Shown: positions 37,811 through 47,608 of the stretch, piece by piece
Numbering within the stretch: the stretch's first letter is position 1
How the letters are laid out: every line of letters begins with the position of its first letter
Assembly: GCA_965198885.1 (NCBI GenBank)
Contig: OZ240677.1
Location: 2,538,085 to 2,602,084, forward strand
Direction: 5' to 3'
Length of the DNA: 64,000 nucleotides
DNA from: an uncultured Granulicella sp.
Lineage (GTDB): Bacteria; Acidobacteriota; Terriglobia; Terriglobales; Acidobacteriaceae
Translations under genes and position numbers: made by a program
The notes under the pieces: generated by a model
Told to the model about the DNA's origin: nothing
Databases searched by the model: none
Seen by the model: only the letters and a program-made list of their open reading frames with translations

Positions 37811-38932
37811 ATGCTTCGGTGCATGAGAGTTGCGGGCTGGGTGATGTTCTTTATTTTGCTGCCGGTGCGTGTTTCTGGAGTGATCGAGTCGAGTCAGGGT
37901 GGCCAGAGCGGGTGGATGATCGGGCCGTTCGCGCGGGTTGCGGAGGCACAGCCGATTATCCGGAAGGAGGCGGCGGCGAGTTTTGTGGACCCCATTCTGG
38001 GCAAGCCGGTGCACTGGGAGGCGCTACATACGTTCAACCCGGCGGCGGTGGTGAGGGATGGCAAGGTCATCGTTCTGTATCGGGCAGAGGATGACAGCGG
38101 GGCGATGGGGATTGGGCTGCATACGTCCAGGCTGGGGATGGCGGAGAGCGAGGATGGGCTGCATTTCACGACGCGGCCGGAGCCGGTGTTCTATCCGGCT
38201 AAGGATGCACAGCAGAGCCGGGAATGGCCGGGTGGGGTAGAGGATCCGCGGATCGTTGAGAGTGCGGATGGGCTTTATGTGCTGACCTATACGCAGTGGA
38301 ACCGAGTGACGTATTCCGTGGGAGTTGCGACCTCACGGGATCTGATCCATTGGACGAAGTATGGTCCGGCGTTTGGAGAGGCGGGCAAGTATGGAGGGCT
38401 GAAGTACAAGTCGGCGGGGATCTTGACGGAAGTAAGAGATGGGAGAGTTTTGGCCGTTCGAGTGAAGGGGAAGTACTGGATGTATTGGGGTGAAGGTGTG
38501 GTGAGTCTGGCGACATCAGACGATCTGATCCATTGGACGCCGGTGGAGGATGCGAAGGGGGTGCCGGTGAAGCTGCTCGAGGCTCGTGCAGGGAAGTTCG
38601 ATAGCGGGCTGCCGGAGGTGGGGCCGCCGCCGGTGCTGACGGAGAAGGGGATTGTGCTTCTATATAACGGCAAGAATGCTGTGAGCGGGGGCGATCCGGC
38701 GCTCGATCCGGGGGCGTACTCAGCGGGGCAGGCTTTGTTTTCGAGGGATGATCCGGGGAAGCTGCTGGATCGCACGGATACACCTATTCTGCGGCCGGCA
38801 CTAGATTGGGAGCGGAGCGGTCAGTATGCGGCGGGAACAACGTTCGTGGAGGGTTTGGTGCGGTTTCATGACCGATGGATGCTGTACTACGGGTCGGCGG
38901 ACTCGCTGGTCGGGGTTGTGGAGAGTCGCTAG
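37811..38932 (+). CDS. Secreted glycoside hydrolase family 130 (beta-mannoside-active, five-bladed propeller)
   Basis: FNPAAVV, LYRAED, GVEDPRIV, YWMYWGEG, TFVEG, LYYGSADS; N-terminal signal peptide. Confidence 0.88.
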   Translation: MLRCMRVAGWVMFFILLPVRVSGVIESSQGGQSGWMIGPFARVAEAQPIIRKEAAASFVDPILGKPVHWEALHTFNPAAVVRDGKVIVLYRAEDDSGAMGIGLHTSRLGMAESEDGLHFTTRPEPVFYPAKDAQQSREWPGGVEDPRIVESADGLYVLTYTQWNRVTYSVGVATSRDLIHWTKYGPAFGEAGKYGGLKYKSAGILTEVRDGRVLAVRVKGKYWMYWGEGVVSLATSDDLIHWTPVEDAKGVPVKLLEARAGKFDSGLPEVGPPPVLTEKGIVLLYNGKNAVSGGDPALDPGAYSAGQALFSRDDPGKLLDRTDTPILRPALDWERSGQYAAGTTFVEGLVRFHDRWMLYYGSADSLVGVVESR

Positions 38933-39216
38933 CGTTCTTCGATGGAACGGTGGCGGCGCAGATACCAGCAGGCTCCGGAGCCGGATTGTTGGAAAATGGA
39001 TTGGCTGCAGTCGACCTGTTCCACTCCGTCCGGGTAATACTCTTCGCGATTGCCTTTGAGCGGCGCGACTACGGTGCGAGTGACCTGAACGGTATCCATC
39101 CCGCCTCCGCGTGCGACCCGGATGCGCCATACGACGAAGTCCGCGAGATAGAGAAGAGCCAAGGCGACCACGAGCCCAAGAAGGCCCCTTGCCAAGGCTC
39201 GGAAGAGGATGCTCAT
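38929..39216 (-). CDS. Small membrane-anchored hypothetical protein
   Basis: N-terminal TM, then KGNREEYY and CSQSIFQQSGSGACWYLRRH with two Cys. Confidence 0.65.
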   Translation of the reverse strand: MSILFRALARGLLGLVVALALLYLADFVVWRIRVARGGGMDTVQVTRTVVAPLKGNREEYYPDGVEQVDCSQSIFQQSGSGACWYLRRHRSIEER

Positions 39217-39343
39217 CTGGGAGACTCCGGGTGCAGGTTAGCAGTGTATTGTTTGCGTGGAGAGTAAAGCCGGTATTCTATAGAGACTGATTTCAATCAG
39301 ATTCACTGAGTTCACGCACGTCGCTGCGTGACAGGAGTATCCC

Positions 39344-40467
39344 ATCCGTTTCGCCTCTCTTGTAGTGCTGATCTCCTTCCCTCTCTTCGCGCAGGGTCCG
39401 GTGGCTAAGCCGGAGGCCTCCAAAGTCCCGATGTGCTTCTCTTCGTGAATGGGGAGCAGCTTACGGGCGAGTTTGAGAGTGCGAACGCGGACGGAATCAC
39501 GTTCAAGAGTGCGATGGTGGGTGAGCTGAAGGTGAGCTGGAGGAACGTGAAAGAACTGCGGACGGATAAGGACTTCGCGTTGCTAAGCAAAAATGCGAAG
39601 TTGACGCGGCGGGGTGCGGTCGCAGTGGTTCCGCAAGGAACGATTACGGTCGAAGACAAGAACATCGTTGTGGCAACTTCAGGCGGCCCAAAGACGGTTC
39701 CCGTGGCGAACGTGGACCGGATACTGGATGCGAAAGCATTCGACAAGGCGCTGAATCATCCTCCGGGAGTGCTGAATGGCTGGCAGGGGACCGCGACGGG
39801 TGGCGTGAGCTTGGTTCGTGCGACACAGGACTCCACGACGTTCAACGGAGCGATTCATCTGACGCGGGCGACTCCGGGGGTGGATTGGCTGCCGCCGCGG
39901 AACCGAAGCACGGTGGCCTATACGCAGTCGTATGGGAATACGTCGCAGGCCGGCATGGACACGGTGAAGACGAATATCTTTCATGCGCAGGCGGAGCAGG
40001 ACCAGTACTTCAGCCAGCGGTTGTATGCCTTTAGGTCAACGACCTTCGATCATGACTTCTCCCAGTCGTTGGATCTTCAGCAGGCTTATGGCGCGGGAGT
40101 GGGAATCACGCTGGTTAAGAATGCGCTGCAAGAGCTCGATTTCAAAGGGGATATTCATTATGAGAAGGAGACGTTCTTCGTGGCCGGCATGGATCAGAAT
40201 CTGGTGGGGTCAACCTTTTCACAGAGCTACTTGCGACATCTAACGAAGGGGATTGCGTTGAACGAGTTGGCGAGTCTCTCGCCTTCGTGGAATGTGGAGA
40301 ATGCGTACTCGGCGCATGCGAATGCAACCCTCGTGTTTCCGGTGTACAAGGGACTGGGATTCAATCTAGGCGGGGTGGACGACTACCTGAACAATGCGCC
40401 GGTCGGCTCGAAGAAGAACTCCACGCAGGTGACTACAGGCATCACGTATTCGTTCAAGCCGAGATAA
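39344..40467 (+). pseudogene. DUF481-like outer-membrane beta-barrel protein with frameshifted N-terminus (pseudogene or sequencing error)
   Basis: Barrel ORF 39433-40467 lacks a signal peptide; IRFASLVVLISFPLFAQGPVAKPEASK (39344-39424) is in another frame and joins SPDVLLFVNGEQLTG if one base is added at AAA 39422-39424. Confidence 0.65.
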
Positions 40468-41109
40468 ATGGGATTGTTTAAGAAAAAACTGAAGCAGGAA
40501 CATAAGGTGATGCTGCAGGCGGAACGTGCCGGCGGCGCGCTGCTGCCGGAGTATCACCGGGCAACGCCGGAGTGCCCGCATCCCGAGCGTTGGCGGATGT
40601 ATGACTCAATGACAGCGGAGGCGGAGGTGCTGGAGTTTCTGCGGACGCTGGTGACTACGGTGAAGCCGGAACTGATCGTGGAGACGGGATCGTTTCTGGG
40701 GGTGAGCACGCTCTGGATGGCGGAGGGGATGAGAGCGAATGGGTTTGGACGGATCATCTCGTGCGAGTTCGATCCGGTGGTGTTCGCGAAGGCGCAGGAG
40801 AAGATTGCGGGGTCTGGGCTGGCGGAGTTCATTGAGCTGAGGAATGAATCGTCGCTGGAGATGGAGGTAAAGGGGACGATCGACCTCTTGTTTTCGGATT
40901 CGGATATGCCGATACGGGAGGCGGAGGTGAGACGATTTCTGCCGCAGATTCGGCCGACCGGATTGATCCTGTTGCACGATGCGAGCTCGCATTTGAAGAC
41001 GGTGAGGGATGCGGCGTTCTCTTTGGAGCAGGAAGGATTGTTGTCTTGCGTCTTTCTACCTACTCCTCGGGGTTTAGTGATGGCACAGGGGCGGCAGAGA
41101 AGGGCTTAG
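40468..41109 (+). CDS. Class I SAM-dependent methyltransferase (Methyltransf_24-like)
   Basis: LIVETGSFLGVS, SCEFD, DLLFSDSD, LILLHDA; ATG directly follows the DUF481 stop. Confidence 0.85.
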   Translation: MGLFKKKLKQEHKVMLQAERAGGALLPEYHRATPECPHPERWRMYDSMTAEAEVLEFLRTLVTTVKPELIVETGSFLGVSTLWMAEGMRANGFGRIISCEFDPVVFAKAQEKIAGSGLAEFIELRNESSLEMEVKGTIDLLFSDSDMPIREAEVRRFLPQIRPTGLILLHDASSHLKTVRDAAFSLEQEGLLSCVFLPTPRGLVMAQGRQRRA

Positions 41110-41157
41110 AAGATGGCTTCAAGGGGTTGGAGCCTAAGAGAATAGGGGTGCGGGGGA

Positions 41158-43914
41158 CTACTGGAGAAGGAGTGCGGTGGCGGTGTAGGAGGGGACGGTG
41201 ACGGTGAAGGTGCTGCCGGCAACAGGGTAGGGGGTGCCGGTGAGGGTGGGGGTGGATTGATTGGTGGCGTTGCCGAAGCTGTATTGGGTCGCGGTTGCGC
41301 CGACGGTTGAGCCAGAAACAGTAACCTGGACGAGGGCGGGATTCGCAGGGTCGGCGTTGAGGAGGAGGATGCCCTTCTGGCCGTTCGTTTTCTTCGTGGC
41401 AAAGCTGAGGACGGTGGCGCTGGAGGAGTTTGCGGTGACGACGGAGTCGCCCGGGGCTGCCACGAGGTGGGCGAGCTGGATGCCGAAGTAGGATGGGCCT
41501 GGGTTCTCAGATTCATCGAGGTAAGAGCCATTGTGGAGTTCGAGCCAGTCGATGTTCTGGACGCCTTGCTGGAGGGCGACGAGCTCTTCGTTGAGGGTGA
41601 AGAGACCGATGACCGGAGCGGGAAAGTTGGGCGCGAGTGTGCCGTTGGGCGAGGTTTCCGTGAGCCAGAACTGGATGGCGGAGGCGTTGGCGGGGCAGTA
41701 CTGGGCGAGGTTGGCCTTGATGCCGGCGATCTGGCGCGGTAGATCGGACTGCGGGAGACTGAGGAGCTCGGAGGGCATGACGGCGTTGTAGGTGCCGGGG
41801 TAATAGTGGATGATGGCGAGGTCGATGGCGGAGGCGGTGCAGACGGACTGAGCCAGCGATGGGTTCCAGCTGAGGTCGATTGGATCGGTGGCGCCGGGTG
41901 AGGCGAAGTCGACGCCGATGAGGATGGTGGGGTCAACGGCTTTCATGGCGGTGATGAAGGGGCCGGCGTTCTGGCCATAAGCGGTGGGGGAGAGCAGCGG
42001 GTTTGAGGCGCGCGAGGCGAAGGAGGCGTTGTCGTACTGGCCGGAGTAGAGATAGGGGGCGTGGAGGTCGGTCTCGGGGTTGAGGTTGTTGGACCAGCCG
42101 TTGTAATAGACCTCGTTTCCGATCTCCCAGTGCTGGATGCCGACTGGTGCGGGGTGGGCGATGCGGAGGAAGTTGTAGCCGTCGTCGGTGGCGATGGGGC
42201 CGGCGGCACGGAGCGCGGCCCAGAAGCCGACGGTCTTCCAGTCAAAGCCGGTGGCGTCGACGCCGATGACGTGGGTGTTGGCGGGAAGCCCATTGGCGTA
42301 GGCGACCCAGGCTGCGGCCTCTTCCGGCTGGCCGGCGGTGTTGGGCTCGGAGCAATGGTTGGGTACGTTGTTGCTGCCGGCGGAGAGGGAGGCGGTGGAG
42401 TTGGAGACGCTGGTGCCGTAATTGACGGTGATGATGCCTTGCGTGCCGGTGGCAAGGAGGGTTTTGACGAAGCTGCCGAAGTCTGCACCGGCTCCGAGGA
42501 AGACGTCCTGCGGGTTGAGGTTGCAGACGGGCGGAGTGGAGGCGTGCGGCGGGGTGACGCCGAAGTTCGACCAATGATAGCGATCGGAATAATTTCCGCC
42601 GGGGTAACGGAGGGTGGTGATGCCGGTGGTCTGGAGCAGCGCGGGGAGCTTGGCGGTGTCGTTGAGGCTGGTGTCGTAGACGGAGGTGTGCAGGCCGAAG
42701 AAGGTCTGGGGCACCGTGGCGAGGACGGTGGTGGTGTCGATCGTTACGGTGGCCGTGAGCACGTTGAGGTAGAAGGTGGTCGAGATGGTTTGCTGGGGCG
42801 AAGCGGAGTCCGTGGCGCGGAGGGTGAAGGTGTATGCGCCGCCCAGGGTAGGGGTGCCGGCGAGGCCGGTGCCATCGGTCGAGACGGTGATGCCGGGGGG
42901 ATAGCTTCCGCTGACCAGGGTGAGCGCGTACGGAGGGGTGCCGCCGGCGAGCTGGAGGTTGGTGCTGTAGGCCATATTGACGGTGGCTGAGGGCAGTGTG
43001 GCGGGGCCAAGGGTGAGCGGAGCGGCGGTCGCGGCGATGGTCAGGGTGTATGGGGCGGAGGCGGTGCCGCTGGTGGCGTCGGTGACCTGCACGGTGAAGT
43101 TGAAGGTGCCGGCAGTCGTGGGGGTTCCTGAGATGACGCCGCCGGAAGAGAGGGTCAGGTTCGCGGGCAAGGAGCCTGTTGAGATGGAGAAGCTATAGGG
43201 CTTGGTGCCGTTGGCGGCGGCGAAAGTCGTGGAGTAGGGGCTGCTGACGTTGCCCGGGGGAAGCGAGGTGGTGGTGAGGGAGACGGGTGTGGGTGCGATG
43301 ACCACCCTGAGGTTGGTATTGACCTTGAGGCCGGTGGAATCGGTGACGGAGACGCTGAATCCGAAGGTGCCGGCGGCAGTGGGGGTGCCGGAGAGGACGC
43401 CGGTGGCGCTGAGGGCGAGGCCTGGTGGGATACCGGCTCCAGCGGAGAAGATATAAGGCGCGGTGCCGCCGGCAGCGGCGAAGGTGACGGTGTAGGGAAC
43501 GCTTACAGTGCCGCCGGTAAGTGAGGATGGGGAGAGGGTGATGGTGCTCGCGGTGCCGGGGGCGATGACGAGAGTGTACGAGGCGGTGGCTTGTTTACCG
43601 GTGCCATCCTGGACGGTGACCGTGAAGGTGGCGGCGGCGGCGGCGGCGGGAACGCCGGCCAGGGTTCCGGCTGCGCTCAGGCTGAGGCCTGCGGGAAGGG
43701 TGCCGGCGGAGATGACGAAGGAATACGGCTGGGTGCCGTTGACGGCGGAGATAGAGGCGCTGTAGACAGTGCCGACGGTGCCGCCGGGCAAGGCGGAGGT
43801 GGTGATGGAAACGGCGGAGACGCTGGTCGAAGAACTGGTGCCGCAGGCGGCGAGGATGAGGAGGAAGCAGAGAGCGGCTGCGGCACGGAGAGAAGCGGTC
43901 TTAAGCTTGAACAT
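41158..43914 (-). CDS. Lipoprotein with about four putative-Ig repeats and a clan GH-A glycoside hydrolase domain
   Basis: Lipobox LILAAC; repeats of LPxGxVxxxYSxxxxAxxGTxPY...LSGTP; LRYPGG, WEIGNE (acid/base), FWLTET (nucleophile). Confidence 0.85.
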   Translation of the reverse strand: MFKLKTASLRAAAALCFLLILAACGTSSSTSVSAVSITTSALPGGTVGTVYSASISAVNGTQPYSFVISAGTLPAGLSLSAAGTLAGVPAAAAAATFTVTVQDGTGKQATASYTLVIAPGTASTITLSPSSLTGGTVSVPYTVTFAAAGGTAPYIFSAGAGIPPGLALSATGVLSGTPTAAGTFGFSVSVTDSTGLKVNTNLRVVIAPTPVSLTTTSLPPGNVSSPYSTTFAAANGTKPYSFSISTGSLPANLTLSSGGVISGTPTTAGTFNFTVQVTDATSGTASAPYTLTIAATAAPLTLGPATLPSATVNMAYSTNLQLAGGTPPYALTLVSGSYPPGITVSTDGTGLAGTPTLGGAYTFTLRATDSASPQQTISTTFYLNVLTATVTIDTTTVLATVPQTFFGLHTSVYDTSLNDTAKLPALLQTTGITTLRYPGGNYSDRYHWSNFGVTPPHASTPPVCNLNPQDVFLGAGADFGSFVKTLLATGTQGIITVNYGTSVSNSTASLSAGSNNVPNHCSEPNTAGQPEEAAAWVAYANGLPANTHVIGVDATGFDWKTVGFWAALRAAGPIATDDGYNFLRIAHPAPVGIQHWEIGNEVYYNGWSNNLNPETDLHAPYLYSGQYDNASFASRASNPLLSPTAYGQNAGPFITAMKAVDPTILIGVDFASPGATDPIDLSWNPSLAQSVCTASAIDLAIIHYYPGTYNAVMPSELLSLPQSDLPRQIAGIKANLAQYCPANASAIQFWLTETSPNGTLAPNFPAPVIGLFTLNEELVALQQGVQNIDWLELHNGSYLDESENPGPSYFGIQLAHLVAAPGDSVVTANSSSATVLSFATKKTNGQKGILLLNADPANPALVQVTVSGSTVGATATQYSFGNATNQSTPTLTGTPYPVAGSTFTVTVPSYTATALLLQ

Positions 43915-44100
43915 CTGTCGAGGACCCTGCGGAACACGGATAGAGATACACCAGTTTAGCGTGCGGGAGCGGCTTGAGAGGGGAAACGTCCGGGTCAGGA
44001 CCGGGTGTCTCTTTGGTGGGAGAAGGTGGATGAGAGCTGGTACGTTTTCATGCGAAGTGGAAGGATGATGGAACCCGGGTACCGAAGGTGGCAAGGTTTG

Positions 44101-44401
44101 GGTCTGCTGACGGCGAATACGAGTGACGTTGGAGTGTCGCCTGGCATTGTCTTCCCCAGGAATAAGGGGCAGCTGCCTTGGAGTCTCATATCGATGCGAA
44201 TGTGCAGCGGACGTTCAAGGTGACGCGGAATGCGAGGGCGGAACATCAGCAGAGTTTGACCGTGAATGTACGTTCATCGAACGTGATCAATCATCTGAAT
44301 GTGACGTCTGTGGGTGGGGTGCTGGGGTCGCCGCTGTTTGGGGTTCCGTATGCGGCGGATAAAGGGCGGCGGGTGGAGGGTGGCTGCGGTATAGCTTTTG
44401 A
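44101..44401 (+). pseudogene. 3' remnant of a TonB-dependent receptor gene with two frameshifts
   Basis: PRNKGQLPW | HIDANVQRTFKV...SNVINHLNVTSVGGVLGSPLFGVPYAADKGRRVEG | LRYSF-stop (TGA 44399-44401); no 5' part present. Confidence 0.72.
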
Positions 44402-44494
44402 GCGTGGCCGTTCTCCTGGATTCTCAGATTAAAGCGATTGCAATCCGAATTGCAGAACTCTATTTGATATGCTCCGACCGAGGAGCATCTGGTC

Positions 44495-45748
44495 TTGTCA
44501 ATTTTCAGCGTAACAAGGCCGAGGCGAATAGGGCGCCACATTATTGCGGCTGTCTTTTGGCTTCACGCTTTGTACGCAGCCTCGTTTCTAAATCTGCCTC
44601 TTCTTCGCACGCTTCAACCACCCAAGTATCTTGACACACTAATTTTTGCACTGATTATTGCCTTTTACTCATACTTTGCAGAATATGAGTGGTTATCTAT
44701 CCTCGCCGATTGTATTTACGTGTACCTGTGGCCATGCATCATCGTCGTCAAGGTCTCTTGGGTTAGCATCAAAGTCCTCTACAAGTGGCTGAAATCTAAC
44801 CTTGTTGTTCACTCGCCTGGTTTAATTACGCGTCCGATCAACGCTGCCGTCCCTGCGATCAACGCCACCCAAAAGCCTGAAAAGCCAAAAGAAGCACAAC
44901 CTGCCGCCCGAACCGTGTCGGCCTGGGTGCGGAAACCTTTTACAGAGTTTTCGATGCTCTGGTCGCTAATGATTATCACTACTGGTAACCGCTTCATCAT
45001 AGTCGTCGCGACACTAGTTGCTCTCTACTGCGCCGGGAGGGCAATTTATGAACTCTGGGATTTCACCTCCGATGCCTCTACATGGGTAGAAAAACTCAAA
45101 GGCACGTTCGCGAGCCGAATTGCGGCCCATGTGGGTCAGGTCAGGGCGTGGGAGGAGATGACGCAGATCGACGAGGTCACTAAGGCTGCAAACGCTCTCA
45201 AAATGTTGGAATCCATTTTCATGTTCATCGCGGACAACAAACGGTTTCTCACGAAGGTGACTGCTGGTGTTTCCATTGTTGTCTCACTCATCTTCTACTG
45301 TTACATCAGCTTCGTATTCTCGTGCGCCTACGTTGGTATTGCGAAGATTCAAGGATTGCCGACTAACTGGCCCGACTTCTTCGTGACCTCGCTCTTCATT
45401 CCTATTGCATTTACGAACCTTCCCAGAAACGTGCCTATCGAATTGATAGGGGGTCTGCAGGCAGTGGCAATCCTCGCTCTGGGCTGGAACATCCTCTTCA
45501 GGCATATGAACAGCGGCTTCAAGCGGGTTGCGCTCGCTGCCTCAGAACTCCGTGGGCCATTTGAGGATCGGGTTCTGAAAGTGAAATATGCTCTGATTGA
45601 AGAACAGGCGGCCAAACTGGGTCCTGTTGTCTCACCGCCGGCATCATCGTCGGCTGGCATACCGAAAACAGAGCCAACTTCAAAGCCAACACCAGCTCCC
45701 GGCGGGAAGGGCTTTAGGCAGCCTAAGAAGAAGGGGCGACAAAAATAG
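44495..45748 (+). CDS. Orphan multi-pass membrane protein, atypical composition
   Basis: TTG start after AGGAG; several TM helices; A/T-richer codons than neighbours; Lys/Pro-rich tail. Confidence 0.75.
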   Translation: MSIFSVTRPRRIGRHIIAAVFWLHALYAASFLNLPLLRTLQPPKYLDTLIFALIIAFYSYFAEYEWLSILADCIYVYLWPCIIVVKVSWVSIKVLYKWLKSNLVVHSPGLITRPINAAVPAINATQKPEKPKEAQPAARTVSAWVRKPFTEFSMLWSLMIITTGNRFIIVVATLVALYCAGRAIYELWDFTSDASTWVEKLKGTFASRIAAHVGQVRAWEEMTQIDEVTKAANALKMLESIFMFIADNKRFLTKVTAGVSIVVSLIFYCYISFVFSCAYVGIAKIQGLPTNWPDFFVTSLFIPIAFTNLPRNVPIELIGGLQAVAILALGWNILFRHMNSGFKRVALAASELRGPFEDRVLKVKYALIEEQAAKLGPVVSPPASSSAGIPKTEPTSKPTPAPGGKGFRQPKKKGRQK

Positions 45749-45899
45749 CGTGATCGTTCCCCGGTCATAGAGCGACTCCGCGAGCCTGCCTTCCATTCCT
45801 AGTGGGGCTGTGCGGGTGAGGGGAAAGCGTTTAGGATTGAGGGAATTTCTTAATTCTAAAACAAGCGGTCTTCTACTTCGGTAGAGAAAGGCTTACCCC

Positions 45900-47480
45900 A
45901 TGGGTGTTTCGCGGCGCGACTTCCTGATGCGCGTAGGACAGGCAGGCGGCTATAGCGCTGCCTTTGCGACGATGCAGGCGCTGGGGTTGATGCCGATGAA
46001 GGGCGCGGCGGCGGAGCCGATCCATGCGCAGCCGGGTACGGGGAACGGCGTTAAGGTGGTGGTGTTGGGTGGAGGGATCGGCGGGCTGGTGTCGGCTTAT
46101 GAGCTGCGGAAGCTAGGGTATACGGTGACGCTGCTGGAGGCTCGGGAGCGGCCGGGTGGGCGGAACTGGACGGGGCGTAAGGGGACCATCGTGGAGTTTG
46201 TGGATGGGACCAAGCAGGAGGTCAAGTGGGAGGACGGGAACTATCAGAACCTGGGGCCGGCTCGTCTGCCGAGCACGCATTGGACGATGCTCGGCTACTG
46301 CCGTGAGCTGAAGGTGCCGCTCGAGGTGGAGATCAATACGACGCGGTCGTCACTGCTGCAGAACGATACGGCGAACGGCGGTAAGGCGATTCCGCAGCGA
46401 AAGGCGATCAACGATACGCGGGGGCACGTGTCTGAGCTGCTGGCGAAGTGTATCCGGCAGGGGGCGCTCGATGCGGAGATTACGAAGGAGGACCGGCAGC
46501 GGATGGTCGACTTCCTGGGGATCTATGGGCCGCTGGACAAGACGGGTGCGTATGTGGGGTCGGACCGGGCGGGGCTCAGGGTGACCAATGGCGCTGGGGA
46601 TCAGGTGGAGATTCCGGAGGCGCCGCAGGATATACATATGCTGCTCGATGAGGATTTCTGGCAGGGGATGTTGTATGAGGAGATCTGGGACTGGCAGGCG
46701 ACGATGATGCAGCCGGTGGGCGGGATGGATGCGATCCCGTTTGCGTTTGCGAAGGCGCTGGGGACGGTGGTGCATTACAACTCGCCGGTGACGGAGATAC
46801 GGAAGACGTCACACGGGGTGCGGGTGGGTTACACACACGCGGGGCAGGCGCGGCAGATTGAGGCGGCGTACTGTGTGTGCGCGCTGCCGTTCTCGATGCT
46901 GAAGAAGATTCCGAACGATCTTTCGCCGGCGTTCCAGCAGGTGATCGACGGGAGCACGATGGGGGCGAGCTTCAAGATTGCGTGGGAGAGCCGACGGTTC
47001 TGGGAGCAGGACTACAACATCTATGGGGGGCTTTCGTTTGTGGCGCAGGGGCCGAGCCCGATCTGGTATCCGAGCTCTCGGCTGATGCATCCGACGGGGA
47101 TTGTGGTCTCCGGCTACATGGATGAGGTGCAGGTGGAAGGCTTCCATGCGATGACGATGGAGGAGAAGTTCGCGGTGTCACGGGCGTCGATTGAGAAGCT
47201 GCATCCGGGGCATGGAAAGGAACTGATGAATCCCATTTACTGTGGGTGGAAGAACATCAAGTGGAATGAAGGGTCGTGGATTGCCGACTATGGCGGCGGG
47301 GCTGCGGGGTATGAGGTGATTATCCAGAATGACGGGCCGATCTATCTCGCGGGGGATACGATCAGCCATATTGTGGGGTGGCAGGAGGGGGCGGCGCTGA
47401 GTGCTCGGAGAGCGGTGGGGATGATTAGTGAGAAGGTGAAGATGGCGGGGGCGGGAAGTCGGACAGGAGTGGTGGGGTAG
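45900..47480 (+). CDS. Tat-exported flavin monoamine oxidase / L-amino-acid oxidase family protein
   Basis: Tat motif SRRDFL; GGGIGGL, EARERPGGR, GPARLP, MQPVGGMD, YLAGD, WQEGAALSA. Confidence 0.92.
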   Translation: MGVSRRDFLMRVGQAGGYSAAFATMQALGLMPMKGAAAEPIHAQPGTGNGVKVVVLGGGIGGLVSAYELRKLGYTVTLLEARERPGGRNWTGRKGTIVEFVDGTKQEVKWEDGNYQNLGPARLPSTHWTMLGYCRELKVPLEVEINTTRSSLLQNDTANGGKAIPQRKAINDTRGHVSELLAKCIRQGALDAEITKEDRQRMVDFLGIYGPLDKTGAYVGSDRAGLRVTNGAGDQVEIPEAPQDIHMLLDEDFWQGMLYEEIWDWQATMMQPVGGMDAIPFAFAKALGTVVHYNSPVTEIRKTSHGVRVGYTHAGQARQIEAAYCVCALPFSMLKKIPNDLSPAFQQVIDGSTMGASFKIAWESRRFWEQDYNIYGGLSFVAQGPSPIWYPSSRLMHPTGIVVSGYMDEVQVEGFHAMTMEEKFAVSRASIEKLHPGHGKELMNPIYCGWKNIKWNEGSWIADYGGGAAGYEVIIQNDGPIYLAGDTISHIVGWQEGAALSARRAVGMISEKVKMAGAGSRTGVVG

Positions 47481-47532
47481 AACGAACAACGACAACTGCA
47501 ACTGCGGAGGTTCTTCGCTTCGCTCAGAATGC
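47481..47532 (+). repeat. Composite extragenic repeat, copy 1 (CAACTG-type hexamers plus GAGGTTCTTCGCTTCGCTCAGAA)
   Basis: AACGAACAACGACAACTGCAACTGC-GGAGGTTCTTCGCTTCGCTCAGAATG immediately after the oxidase stop; core shared with the copy ending at 57087. Confidence 0.75.
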
Positions 47533-47564
47533 CCGCCGCTAGTAGAGGTGGAAGCAAGAAGAAT

Positions 47565-47584
47565 CGGAGCCCTTTCGGGCTCCG
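47565..47584. terminator. Hairpin between convergent genes (likely bidirectional terminator)
   Basis: CGGAGCCC-TTTC-GGGCTCCG perfect 8 bp stem, A-rich before and T-rich after. Confidence 0.7.
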
Positions 47585-47608
47585 TCTTGTTTAGGCTAGG
47601 CCTGAGGG

